64,000 nt of DNA from Elusimicrobia bacterium GWD2_63_28 (GCA_001799895.1 MGUI01000044.1:55483-119482); one strand, 5' to 3'. Shown: positions 18,259-27,040, counted from the stretch's first letter. Notes: a model not told the origin generated them from the letters alone. Numbers and translations: made by a program.

Positions 18259-21185
18259 TGTGCGGCATCTGCGGCTTCGCCGGGTTGCGCGCGGACGCGC
18301 TGCTGCGCGGCATGGCACTGTCTCTGGAGCACAGGGGTCCGGACGAGGACGGTTTCTTCTCCGAGGGCGAAGAGGTTTCGCTGGGTATGCGCCGGCTGAA
18401 GGTCATAGACCTGGCCACGGGGGCGCAGCCCATCTCCAACGAGGACGGAACCGTCACCGTAGTTTTCAACGGTGAGATCTACAACTTCCGCGAACTGCGC
18501 CGCGAGCTTGAGGCCGCGGGACACAGATTCAGAACCAATACCGACACCGAAGTGCTGGTTCACCTCTACGAAGAACACGGAGAGGGCTTCCCGAAACTGC
18601 TGCGAGGCATGTTCGCCTTCGCGCTCTGGGACGGCCGGGCCCGCAAGCTGCTGCTGGCGCGCGACCAGTTCGGGATAAAGCCGCTCTACTACGCTCTCGC
18701 CGGGAACAAGCTCTATTTCGCTTCGGAGCTTAAGGCCCTTCGGCTGGTGCCCGGGCTTTGCGGGGACCTGGACGCCGCCGCGCTGGACTATTATTTTACC
18801 TACCTCTACATCCCCGCCCCGCTGACCGTATATAAGGGCGTGAACAAGCTGGAGCCGGCCTCGCTGCTGGTCTTCCGCGGCGGCTCGGTACGCGTTGAGA
18901 AATATTGGGAGCTGAAGCCGCCGGACCTGGCGGGCAAGCCCGAGGAATTTTACCTGGAGAACATCCGCGGCCTGCTCTCCAAAAGCGTGAAGGAACAGCT
19001 GGTCAGCGATGTGCCGCTGGGGCTGCTGCTTTCTGGCGGCGTGGATTCCGCCTGCCTGCTTTCGTTCATGGCCGAGCATGCCGGCAAGGGGGTCAAGACT
19101 TTTACCGCCGGCTTCGGCGGGGAAGATGCGGGTTTCGACGAAACAACGGGCGCCCGCGCTACGGCGGAATACTTCGGCGCGGAGCATCTCGAGGTGCCGG
19201 TCACCCCGGACATCGGCGCGGTGATAAGGAAGCTGGCGGGCCATTTCGACGAGCCTTTTGCCGACTCCTCGGCGATAGCCTCCTACCTGGTGAGCAGGGA
19301 GGCCAGGCGCGCGGTAACCGTGGCGCTGGCGGGGATAGGGGGCGACGAACTTTTCGGCGGCTATCCGCGCCATTTAGCCGCGCGGTTCCTCCCGCAGTAT
19401 CTCAAGGTCCCCGGGCCCCTGCGCCGGCTGGCCGGCGGGGCGTTTTCGCTGCTGCCCGAGAGCCGCTCGCCTTCAAACCTGCCGGGCCGTCTCAAGCGCT
19501 TTTTCAATTCCGGTGCGGCTGATTTCTCCGGGGCCTACAATTCATGGATCTCTTATCTGCCGGCGGAAGAGAAGAAAAATCTTTACTCCCCGGAACTGTG
19601 GGCCGCGCTTGGCGGCGCGCACCCCAGGCTGCCCGGCTCTCCGGCGGGCCCCGAAGATATACTGGCCTTCGAGATCGGCAACTACCTGCCGGCGGACCTG
19701 CTCTGCCTGGCTGACAGGACCTCGATGGCCAATTCGCTGGAACTGCGCGTGCCTTTCACGGACGTCAGGCTGGTGGAGTTCATGGCCGGCGTGCCCATGG
19801 CCGCGAAGACGCGCGGGTTAACGCTTAAATACCTGCTGAAAAAAGCGATGGCCGGCAGGCTCCCGCCCGGCACCCTGAAGCGGCCCAAGCGCGGTTTCCA
19901 GGTCCCGCTCGCGCGCTGGCAGGACAAAGAACTGAAAAAGTTTACCTCGGAACTGCTAAGCCCCGGCGCGCTGAAAGCCTCCGGCGTCCTTTCTCCCGAA
20001 GGAGTGACGCTGATGCTGGAGGAGCACGCTTCCGGCCGCCGCAACCTCTACGACCGCATCCACGCGGCTTCCGTCTTCCAGCTCTGGTTCGAGGACAACC
20101 GGCGCAACCCTGCCGCCGCCATAAGCGGCGCGTGGAACGTGCGCGGCCGCCGGAAGATACTGCTGGTGAACATGGCCGGGCTCGGCGATATTATAATGAT
20201 GACGCCGGCCGTGCGCGCTCTAAAAGCTGCTTACCCCGACGCGCGGCTGGAACTGCTTACCATTGACCGCTCCAAAGAGCTGGCGGCCGGGATAGCCGGC
20301 ATAGACAAGATACATTCCGTGCCTATCCGCTACCGCTTCGGCGGCCCTGCCGCGGCGTATAAATTCTTGAGGACGCTGCTGCAACTGCGCGGGGAGGGGT
20401 TTGACGCCTTGGTGAATTTCAGCCTGGTGTCCTCGTACGGCGGCCTGCTCAAGACCAGGCTGATCAACTGGCTCGTTAAGCCGGCGCTCGCTTCCTGCCG
20501 CGTAATGACCGGCCTGGGCGGGGCCGGCAGCCATACCGTCTTCGAAGAAGTTATAGAGAAGAAAAACGCCGTGGATCTTATTTCAAGACTGCTGGCCCCG
20601 CTCGGTATCGAGCAGCGTGACTTCCTGATAGAGTACGCGCCGGGGCTGGAGGCCAAGAAAAGCGTTTCTATGGACCTCGCCTCGCGGGGTCTTTCCGGCA
20701 AGCCTTTTATCGGGCTCAACCCCGGGGCCTTCAGGCCCTCCCGGCGCTGGCCTTTGGAAAAATGGAAGGCCCTGGTGAAACTGCTGCTTGAGAAATATCC
20801 GTCCGCCCTTTTAATGGTGACCGGCTCTGCGGAAGAAAAGGCCATGGCGGATGAACTTAAAATATCCGAAAGGGTGTTCTCCTCCGCGGGGCTTTACACG
20901 CTGGGGCAGAACGCGGCGCTCTACAGCCTGATGGACGTTTTTATTACCAATGATACCGGGCCCATGCACATGGCCGCGGCGGTGGGGACAAAGACGGTCT
21001 GCATTTTCGGCCCGGGAGACCACTGGCGTTTTGCGCCCTCGGTGCCGGGGGAAAAGAAGCGCGTGATAAGAAAGGACATGCCCGGCTGCGAGACGCCCTG
21101 CTATAAATTTCATTGTCCCAACCCCGTCTGCCTGACGGCCATCACCCCTGAAGAGGTCCTGGCCGCGGCGGAGGACTTGCTGTGA
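18258..21185 (+). CDS. Fusion protein: glutamine-hydrolysing asparagine synthase-like amidotransferase (aa 1 to about 630) plus GT9 heptosyltransferase-like domain (about aa 631-975)
   Basis: The N-terminal nucleophile is in MCGICGF, and the PP-loop is LLLSGGVDSA. From about nt 20148 the GT9 signatures appear: KILLVNMAGLGDIIMMTPAVRALKAAYPDARLELLT and NDTGPMHMAAAVGTKTVCIFGP. It is a single uninterrupted 975-codon frame. Confidence 0.85.
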   Translation: MCGICGFAGLRADALLRGMALSLEHRGPDEDGFFSEGEEVSLGMRRLKVIDLATGAQPISNEDGTVTVVFNGEIYNFRELRRELEAAGHRFRTNTDTEVLVHLYEEHGEGFPKLLRGMFAFALWDGRARKLLLARDQFGIKPLYYALAGNKLYFASELKALRLVPGLCGDLDAAALDYYFTYLYIPAPLTVYKGVNKLEPASLLVFRGGSVRVEKYWELKPPDLAGKPEEFYLENIRGLLSKSVKEQLVSDVPLGLLLSGGVDSACLLSFMAEHAGKGVKTFTAGFGGEDAGFDETTGARATAEYFGAEHLEVPVTPDIGAVIRKLAGHFDEPFADSSAIASYLVSREARRAVTVALAGIGGDELFGGYPRHLAARFLPQYLKVPGPLRRLAGGAFSLLPESRSPSNLPGRLKRFFNSGAADFSGAYNSWISYLPAEEKKNLYSPELWAALGGAHPRLPGSPAGPEDILAFEIGNYLPADLLCLADRTSMANSLELRVPFTDVRLVEFMAGVPMAAKTRGLTLKYLLKKAMAGRLPPGTLKRPKRGFQVPLARWQDKELKKFTSELLSPGALKASGVLSPEGVTLMLEEHASGRRNLYDRIHAASVFQLWFEDNRRNPAAAISGAWNVRGRRKILLVNMAGLGDIIMMTPAVRALKAAYPDARLELLTIDRSKELAAGIAGIDKIHSVPIRYRFGGPAAAYKFLRTLLQLRGEGFDALVNFSLVSSYGGLLKTRLINWLVKPALASCRVMTGLGGAGSHTVFEEVIEKKNAVDLISRLLAPLGIEQRDFLIEYAPGLEAKKSVSMDLASRGLSGKPFIGLNPGAFRPSRRWPLEKWKALVKLLLEKYPSALLMVTGSAEEKAMADELKISERVFSSAGLYTLGQNAALYSLMDVFITNDTGPMHMAAAVGTKTVCIFGPGDHWRFAPSVPGEKKRVIRKDMPGCETPCYKFHCPNPVCLTAITPEEVLAAAEDLL

Positions 21186-22015
21186 TGGCAAGCACTACCC
21201 GCTGTGCGGTATGCGGCGGCGCCACGGGAGAAAGCCTGCCCGGGCTTGGTAAATGCCTGAGCTGCGGGCTGGTCTTCAGGATCGAAAAGATTTTTGCCGC
21301 GCCCGTCTATGAACCCGGCCTGGAGGAGGATATCTACCGCGGCGCCAAACAAGGCCTCTTCTCTTCAGCGCTGGCTTTCCTGGGCGCAAGATTCCCGCGC
21401 CAGGGGAAATTGCTGGATATCGGCTGCGCCGCCGGGGATTTTCTCAAAGCCGCGGCGCTGCGGGGCTGGGAGGCGGAAGGGATAGAGATAGATACAAACA
21501 TGGCGGCCAAGGCTTCTTCCGGAGGCAGCAAGGTCTATGCCAGCCCGGTGGAGGCGCTGGGCCTGCCCGGGCAGTACTACGAGGCAATTACCGCTTTTGA
21601 AGTTTTCAGCCAGATGGATAACCCGGCGGCCGCCGCGGCGGAAATCTCGAGGCTGCTGAAACCTGGCGGCATATTGTACGCCAGGGATTATAACGCGTGC
21701 TTCCACCTGCCCCTTCACAGACTTGAACTGAAAGGCTTCTTCCGGGGGCTGGGGGTCAGGCCTTCGGTGGTACATAACTTTAATTTCGGCCCGCGCTCGC
21801 TGCACCTGCTGCTGCAGCGGGCAGGCTTCAGGGATATAACGATACGCAACTCCAGGCCTACCCCGGGGGACCCCTACCGCACTGGCGGGCGGCTGGGAGG
21901 ATTTCTTACCTCTCTGTTTAAAGTTCTATACTATTACCTGGCACAGGCGCTTTGGCTGATTACGCTCGGGCGAGTCTATGCCGGTTCGGCCCTGATAGCC
22001 ACCGCCAAAAAATGA
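21182..22015 (+). CDS. Class I SAM-dependent methyltransferase with N-terminal Cys4 zinc-ribbon
   Basis: Zinc-ribbon cysteines in CAVCGG...CLSCG, then motif I LLDIGCAAGDF. The start is GTG 21182 or ATG 21185, overlapping the upstream stop. Confidence 0.75.
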   Translation: MMASTTRCAVCGGATGESLPGLGKCLSCGLVFRIEKIFAAPVYEPGLEEDIYRGAKQGLFSSALAFLGARFPRQGKLLDIGCAAGDFLKAAALRGWEAEGIEIDTNMAAKASSGGSKVYASPVEALGLPGQYYEAITAFEVFSQMDNPAAAAAEISRLLKPGGILYARDYNACFHLPLHRLELKGFFRGLGVRPSVVHNFNFGPRSLHLLLQRAGFRDITIRNSRPTPGDPYRTGGRLGGFLTSLFKVLYYYLAQALWLITLGRVYAGSALIATAKK

Positions 22016-22686
22016 AAGCCGCCATCCACCAACTTCAGTACTGGCCCGGGCTGCGCTTCTTCGCCAAGATGCGGGCGGCGGACCTGTTCATCTATCTCGA
22101 CGACGTGCAGTACGAGAAGCGCGAGTTCCAGAACCGCAACCGCATCCGCACGCCGCGCGGCTGGCAGTACCTGACGGCGCCGGTCATCTCCAAGGGCCGT
22201 TTCTCGCAGAAGATAAACGAGGTGGAGCTGGACCGCGGCGGCACCTGGCTGGGCGACCACCTGCAGGCGATAAAGATGAATTACGCGCGGGCGCCCTTCT
22301 TCAAGCAGTACCTGCCGGGGCTGGAAGAGATCTACGCGCGGGATTACCGGCTGCTCGCAGACCTGGCGATAGCCACGATGGATTTCCTGAAGGACGGCCT
22401 GGGCATAAAGATCCAGGTCCGCTTCTCTTCGGAGTTCAAGGTGGAGGAAGCCTCCAGTGCGCGGCTGGCGCGGCTCTGCGCGGCGGCCGGGGCGGGGGAA
22501 TACCTCTCCGGCGCTGGCGCGAAGGCCTACCTGGACCCCAATGTTTTCAGCTACGCCGGCATAAAGCTGGCCTGGCAGGATTTCAAGCCGCGCGAATACC
22601 CGCAGGCTTTCCCCGGCTTCGAGCCGGATCTGTCCGCGCTGGACCTGCTGCTCAACTGCGGGCCGCGCTCTTCGGAGTGGTTATAA
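22012..22686 (+). CDS. WbqC-like family protein
   Basis: The N-terminus IHQLQYWPGLRFFAKMRAADLFIYLDDVQYEKREFQNRNRI matches the characteristic WbqC family opening. ATGA overlap with the upstream gene. Confidence 0.7.
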   Translation: MKAAIHQLQYWPGLRFFAKMRAADLFIYLDDVQYEKREFQNRNRIRTPRGWQYLTAPVISKGRFSQKINEVELDRGGTWLGDHLQAIKMNYARAPFFKQYLPGLEEIYARDYRLLADLAIATMDFLKDGLGIKIQVRFSSEFKVEEASSARLARLCAAAGAGEYLSGAGAKAYLDPNVFSYAGIKLAWQDFKPREYPQAFPGFEPDLSALDLLLNCGPRSSEWL

Positions 22687-22690
22687 ACTT

Positions 22691-23404
22691 ATGAACCCTT
22701 ATATTGCTGCCGCCGTGGCGGAGATGGACAAAGTGAACGTGTCGCGCCTGGAACACCCGGGCTCCTGGGCGATGGACCCCGCCTCCTGCCGCTTCGTGGC
22801 GGCCTTCGCGCGCGCCCTGGAGGCGCGGCGTGTGATGGAGTTCGGCTCCGGGTTCTCTACGCTGATGCTGGCCAGGGAGATAGAGCCGCATGAGGATAAT
22901 TACCTGCTTTCGGTGGACGATTCCCCGCGCTACTCCGCGCTGGCCAAAGAGGCCATGGAGACTTCCGCCTGCCAGGCCAAAGTAGAATTCCGCGTGGCCC
23001 CCCTTCGCCCCCGGCTTTACGGGCCGCGCCTGCTGCTTTCCTATGCCCTGCCGAAGGGCCTGGTGGGCGCCATGGGGCCCTTCGACCTGGCCCTGATAGA
23101 CGCTCCGCATGACAGCTGGAATCCCGAGGCCGTGCTCTACGACGTCTTTCCCGCCCTGGATCTCGGCGGCTACGCGCTGATCGATGACGCCAACGCGCCC
23201 GGCCGCGCCGCCACCATGACCGCCTGGCGCGCCGCTTTCGGCGAGGCCGCCGACTTCATACATCTGGAAGGGATAGGCAATGGCCTGCTGGCGATAGAGA
23301 AGCTGTCCGACGACGGGCCTCAATATCCGTTCAAAGGCGCGCTCTCCGCTTCGGCTAAAACTATCGCCGATTTCGCCCGCACTTTCTCCGGGGACCGGGA
23401 ATAG
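22691..23404 (+). CDS. Class I SAM-dependent methyltransferase-like protein
   Basis: Motifs VMEFGSGFSTLMLA and DLALIDAPHD, with an overall O-methyltransferase-like layout. It starts 4 bp after the upstream gene. Confidence 0.55.
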   Translation: MNPYIAAAVAEMDKVNVSRLEHPGSWAMDPASCRFVAAFARALEARRVMEFGSGFSTLMLAREIEPHEDNYLLSVDDSPRYSALAKEAMETSACQAKVEFRVAPLRPRLYGPRLLLSYALPKGLVGAMGPFDLALIDAPHDSWNPEAVLYDVFPALDLGGYALIDDANAPGRAATMTAWRAAFGEAADFIHLEGIGNGLLAIEKLSDDGPQYPFKGALSASAKTIADFARTFSGDRE

Positions 23405-23499
23405 CCTGGGCCCTTTGTCCTTTGCCGTAGGTCCTTTTATTTAAGTTTGGGGTACCAACGGCCCTTATGGTCCGCGCCTGCAGTGTGTAGACTATAGGC

Positions 23500-25191
23500 A
23501 TGGTACATAAAACCCTCGTATACGACCTCAAAATCTTCAACGCCCTCTTCATAGCCTTCTTCGCCATCTTCCTCGCCTGTTTCGCGGACCTCAGCTACGG
23601 CCAGCAAGCCCTCGGGCAGCTGGAATTTTCAGCCGGCGCCGGCCGTGCGGCTCTTGCCGCCCCTGCCCCCGAAGCCATGCCGCTGCCCCAGGAAGACAAG
23701 GCCCTGCTGGTAAACGCTTTCAAAGAACGCCTGGTGCGGCAGATAACCGGCAACTGGGCCCACCCCACCAAGGTGGACGACGCCATAGTGAAAGAGCTCG
23801 GCGCGGCCTACCAGGAAGGCATACTGGAGCCGGTGATAGTGGCCGTGCTCAGCGACCCGCGCCTGGAGCGCTTCTTTCCGGCCGGGGCCAAGATGGAACC
23901 CGCCGAGGCCGCCCGCGTATTTTCGATGTATGTCGGCGCCGAGCTGGAGTCCAACGGCCACGTGCCCGGCGTGCAGGCCATAGAGGGCTGGGACGAGCTG
24001 ACGGCCCGCCACCTGGCGCTTACCCGCCCCGGCTCCCCGGTCTCTTCCGGCCAGGCCTTCTTGTCCGAACTCGGTTCCATACAGCGCACCCCTTTCTCCT
24101 CCGGCAACCTTATTAAACCCCTCATCAACGGCGCGGCCTCTTTCGGCAAGCGCGCCGAGCTCATAAAGGCCGCCAGGAAGAGCGTCTACCTGACCACCTG
24201 GGCCTTCTACGACGACGAGACCGGCCACCACACCGCCGACCTGCTGATAGCCAAAAAGAAGGAAGGCCTCGACGTGCGCCTGATGATAGACAAGGACACG
24301 GCCGGCCTCTACGACAAGGGCATCCTCGCCAAGATAGCCGCCGCCGGCATCCCGGTGCTGCGCTACCAGCCCTCCTCGAAGAATTACTACGAGTTCCATT
24401 CCAAGATCCTGATAACGGACGGCAAGTACGCCGTGCTCGGCGGCATGAATATCGGCAACGAGTATTCGCATATGGCCGGCCACGAGAAGTGGCGCGACAC
24501 CGACGTGCTGGTGCAGGGCCCGGCGCTGAAGGACGCGATGAAGTTCTTTGCCGGGGCCTGGAACGAGCAGGCGGCTGAGGCGGGACTGGCGGTGCGCGCT
24601 TCCGCCGCCGCCTACGACGGCACGCCGGCCGGCGGCAGCGAGGGCGCCATAGTCTGGAACGTCCCCGGGCAGGAGCCCTATATCTTCCTCTCCATGCTGC
24701 GCGCGGTCTACGCCGCGAAAGAGCGCATCAATATAGAGAACGCCATCATCGTAATGCCGCCCGCCATGAAGATCGCCCTGCTGGACGCCAGGGCCCGCGG
24801 CGTGGAGGTGAACATCCTCTCCAATTCGCTCGAGACCATAGGCGACAAGATCATGGGCGCGATGATACTGGGCAGCTTCCCCGAACTGGTGAAGGCCGGC
24901 GCCAATATTTACCTGAAGGAAGGCGGCCTGCCGAACCGGCTGCATTCCAAGTTCATGACGGTGGACGGCTCCTACGGCACCATCGGCTCTTTCAACCTGC
25001 AGCCGCGCTCCATCCGCTACGTGATGGAGATAGCCGTGAACTTCTCCGACAGGCAGGCCGTGGCCGAGCTGGACGCAGCTTTCCGCAAAGATATCTCCGC
25101 CGCGAAGCACGCCAAAAAAGTGAAAGACCTCGGCATCCCCTATATGCCCATAAAGGGCCTGATCCACAAACTGATGTTCAACCAGCTGTAA
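23500..25191 (+). CDS. Phospholipase D superfamily protein with two HKD motifs, N-terminal signal/anchor
   Basis: HKD motifs FHSKILITDGKYAVLGGMNIGNEY and LHSKFMTVDGSYGTIGSFNL. The N-terminus is hydrophobic (IFNALFIAFFAIFLACFA). Confidence 0.8.
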   Translation: MVHKTLVYDLKIFNALFIAFFAIFLACFADLSYGQQALGQLEFSAGAGRAALAAPAPEAMPLPQEDKALLVNAFKERLVRQITGNWAHPTKVDDAIVKELGAAYQEGILEPVIVAVLSDPRLERFFPAGAKMEPAEAARVFSMYVGAELESNGHVPGVQAIEGWDELTARHLALTRPGSPVSSGQAFLSELGSIQRTPFSSGNLIKPLINGAASFGKRAELIKAARKSVYLTTWAFYDDETGHHTADLLIAKKKEGLDVRLMIDKDTAGLYDKGILAKIAAAGIPVLRYQPSSKNYYEFHSKILITDGKYAVLGGMNIGNEYSHMAGHEKWRDTDVLVQGPALKDAMKFFAGAWNEQAAEAGLAVRASAAAYDGTPAGGSEGAIVWNVPGQEPYIFLSMLRAVYAAKERINIENAIIVMPPAMKIALLDARARGVEVNILSNSLETIGDKIMGAMILGSFPELVKAGANIYLKEGGLPNRLHSKFMTVDGSYGTIGSFNLQPRSIRYVMEIAVNFSDRQAVAELDAAFRKDISAAKHAKKVKDLGIPYMPIKGLIHKLMFNQL

Positions 25192-25208
25192 ACTCGCTTC
25201 ATACTCAT

Positions 25209-25241
25209 AAAAGGGCCTACATCCGTGTAGGCCCTTTTTTG
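25209..25241 (+). terminator. Intrinsic terminator
   Basis: GGGCCTAC-(loop)-GTAGGCCC followed by TTTTTT. Confidence 0.75.
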
Positions 25242-25298
25242 CGCCCTGTGTAGGTATTTGGCCGCTCCCGCCGGAGGCCCGCAGAGGCTACACTATAT

Positions 25299-26372
25299 AT
25301 GTTAATGAGATCCCGCATAAATATTTTAATCGCGGCGGCGCTGGCTACAACCTGCGCCTCCCCGCTATTTGCCGGGCCCCTCGTCTACAAGCAGGCCGCC
25401 GCCCCCTGGTCCGCCGAGCAGGCGCTGAAGCTCCCGCCGGCCATAACCCCCGAATTCCTCAAGGAAGTGCAGGCCCTGCACGGCGGCGCGGCCGCCGAAG
25501 GCCTGGCCGACAAGAAGGAAAAGGTCTCGTCCCTCACGGCGCGCTTCAAGGCCTGCGCCCTTAAAACCGAAGACCTGGCGACGGCCGAGAAATATTTCAT
25601 CCCGGAGTTCAGCGCCGAGGTGCGCTATTACGCTAATGGCGGCTGCGCCGCCGCCCTGGCTTCCGCCCAGGCCCGCCCCGCGGCGTCCCGCCCTGCCCCG
25701 GCGGAGAAGCTGGGCGCCCTGGCCGCTTCAAAAGATCTCTTTACTTCCGAAGGCGCGGCGAGATTCTTCGACGGCGCTTCAGCCCGCGGCGCCGCCGCCC
25801 TGCCGGCCGTTTACGCCGGCGGCCCCGCCCAGGCCCGCCCCGCCGCCGCTCAGCCGGCCCCGGCCGCCGCCCGCCCTTCAAGACCGCTTTCTTCAAAGGT
25901 TCCCCTGCCCCCTTCCATGCGGGCGGCCCTGACCCCTCCCGAGCGCCCCGCCGACCTGGGCAAGGACGGCCGGGTGCACCAAGCCATGGCTTACTGGCTT
26001 TCCCTGCGCCGCGAGAACCTGGCGGCCCTGAAGACCGGTGAACTGTCCGGGGCCGAAAAAGCCAAGGCCGCCGGCAAGCTGGCCGCGGGCGCCGTCTTCC
26101 ACGGCCTGCTCTGGGTCAGTAACCTGGACAATGTAGAAATAGCCGCGTCCCGGCTGGGCTGGGACGTGGGCCAGGGCGCAGGCGCGGGCGTTATCGCTTC
26201 CGACGCCGCCAAGCTGATTTTCCACTCAGCCGTTTTCGCCATGCTGCTGGCCCCCATACCGCTTTCCAAAGTGGCCAAGGCCGTCCTGGCAGGCGAGCCC
26301 TGGGCCATAGCCTTCGTGGGCGCCATGGCCTCGGGACCCCTGAACCGCTACTGGCTCCACTTCGCCGACTAG
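25299..26372 (+). CDS. Ala/Pro-rich secreted or membrane protein of unknown function
   Basis: Signal peptide, then a low-complexity PAAxxP-type middle region. Two to three hydrophobic helices lie at the C-terminus. Confidence 0.45.
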   Translation: MLMRSRINILIAAALATTCASPLFAGPLVYKQAAAPWSAEQALKLPPAITPEFLKEVQALHGGAAAEGLADKKEKVSSLTARFKACALKTEDLATAEKYFIPEFSAEVRYYANGGCAAALASAQARPAASRPAPAEKLGALAASKDLFTSEGAARFFDGASARGAAALPAVYAGGPAQARPAAAQPAPAAARPSRPLSSKVPLPPSMRAALTPPERPADLGKDGRVHQAMAYWLSLRRENLAALKTGELSGAEKAKAAGKLAAGAVFHGLLWVSNLDNVEIAASRLGWDVGQGAGAGVIASDAAKLIFHSAVFAMLLAPIPLSKVAKAVLAGEPWAIAFVGAMASGPLNRYWLHFAD

Positions 26373-26402
26373 CCCTAAAGTCTCCAGCCGCCTTTTAGCA
26401 AG

Positions 26403-26424
26403 ACCCGCCCCGGCGGGTTTTTTG
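26403..26424 (+). terminator. Intrinsic terminator
   Basis: CCCGC-(loop)-GCGGG followed by TTTTTT. Confidence 0.6.
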
Positions 26425-26437
26425 TTATACTTTTTTT

Positions 26438-27040
26438 ATGAAAACGAGCTCAATGACCACTAAAAAATTCTTCGACCTGGTGCGGCACCGCAACGCGCGC
26501 AACGCGGCCGCCGTGGACGCCAGGATAGAAAAGACCTGCGGCGCAGAGCTGACCGTAGTCTCCTGCGACTCTTCCGGCTTCTCCAAGAAGACCCACGAGC
26601 ACGGCATCATAGAGTTCATGGACAACATGGTGAAATGCCACGACGGCCTGGAGAAGATAGTGACCCGCCACGGCGGGATAACCCTTTCGGACAAAGCCGA
26701 CAACCTGATGCTGATCTTCCCCGAGCCGGTGAAGGCGGTGGCCTGCTCCATAGAAATGCACCGCTGGCTCAAGCGCCGCAACGTGGGCCTGCCGGAGCAT
26801 AAGAAATACAGCATCTGCGTGGGCATACACCACGGCAAGCTGCTGCGCTTCGCCGACGACGCCTACGGCCCCGCGGTGAACGTGGCCTTCAAACTGGGCG
26901 AGGACATAGCCGGCAAGGACGAGCTGATGATCACCGGCCAGGTGAACGAGGTAGTGAAGAAAAAGTTCCGCACCGACTACTCCAAGCACATCACCATCGG
27001 CGGCCTCAGCTTTGACGCCTACAAGGTCAAATACCGCTAG
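26438..27040 (+). CDS. Stand-alone class III nucleotidyl (adenylate/guanylate) cyclase catalytic domain, 200 aa
   Basis: VVSCDSSGFS corresponds to the faDivGFT motif. KADNLMLIF corresponds to the iGDavmavF motif. CVGIHHGKLL and YGPAVNVAFKLGE correspond to the GdtVNlAsRle motif. No sensor or TM domain is present. Confidence 0.7.
   Translation: MKTSSMTTKKFFDLVRHRNARNAAAVDARIEKTCGAELTVVSCDSSGFSKKTHEHGIIEFMDNMVKCHDGLEKIVTRHGGITLSDKADNLMLIFPEPVKAVACSIEMHRWLKRRNVGLPEHKKYSICVGIHHGKLLRFADDAYGPAVNVAFKLGEDIAGKDELMITGQVNEVVKKKFRTDYSKHITIGGLSFDAYKVKYR

Noticed and set aside
23629-25167. 512-aa minus-strand ORF
   Set aside because: It is antisense to the PLD-family gene with two intact HKD motifs, has no recognisable motif of its own, and has a low-complexity composition.
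23500-25191. PLD-family protein as a defence nuclease (Nuc-like)
   Set aside because: It has an N-terminal membrane anchor or signal, two HKD motifs in one chain and a size typical of lipid-directed PLD/Cls-like enzymes. No partner defence genes are nearby.
26438-27040. Reading the minimal cyclase as part of a Pycsar/CBASS-like antiphage system
   Set aside because: - No adjacent effector is present: I see no cNMP-binding, TIR, patatin, or TM-plus-sensor protein.
- The gene is insulated by terminators on both sides.
- The upstream membrane protein has no recognisable nucleotide-binding domain.

Only the orphan-cyclase observation is kept.
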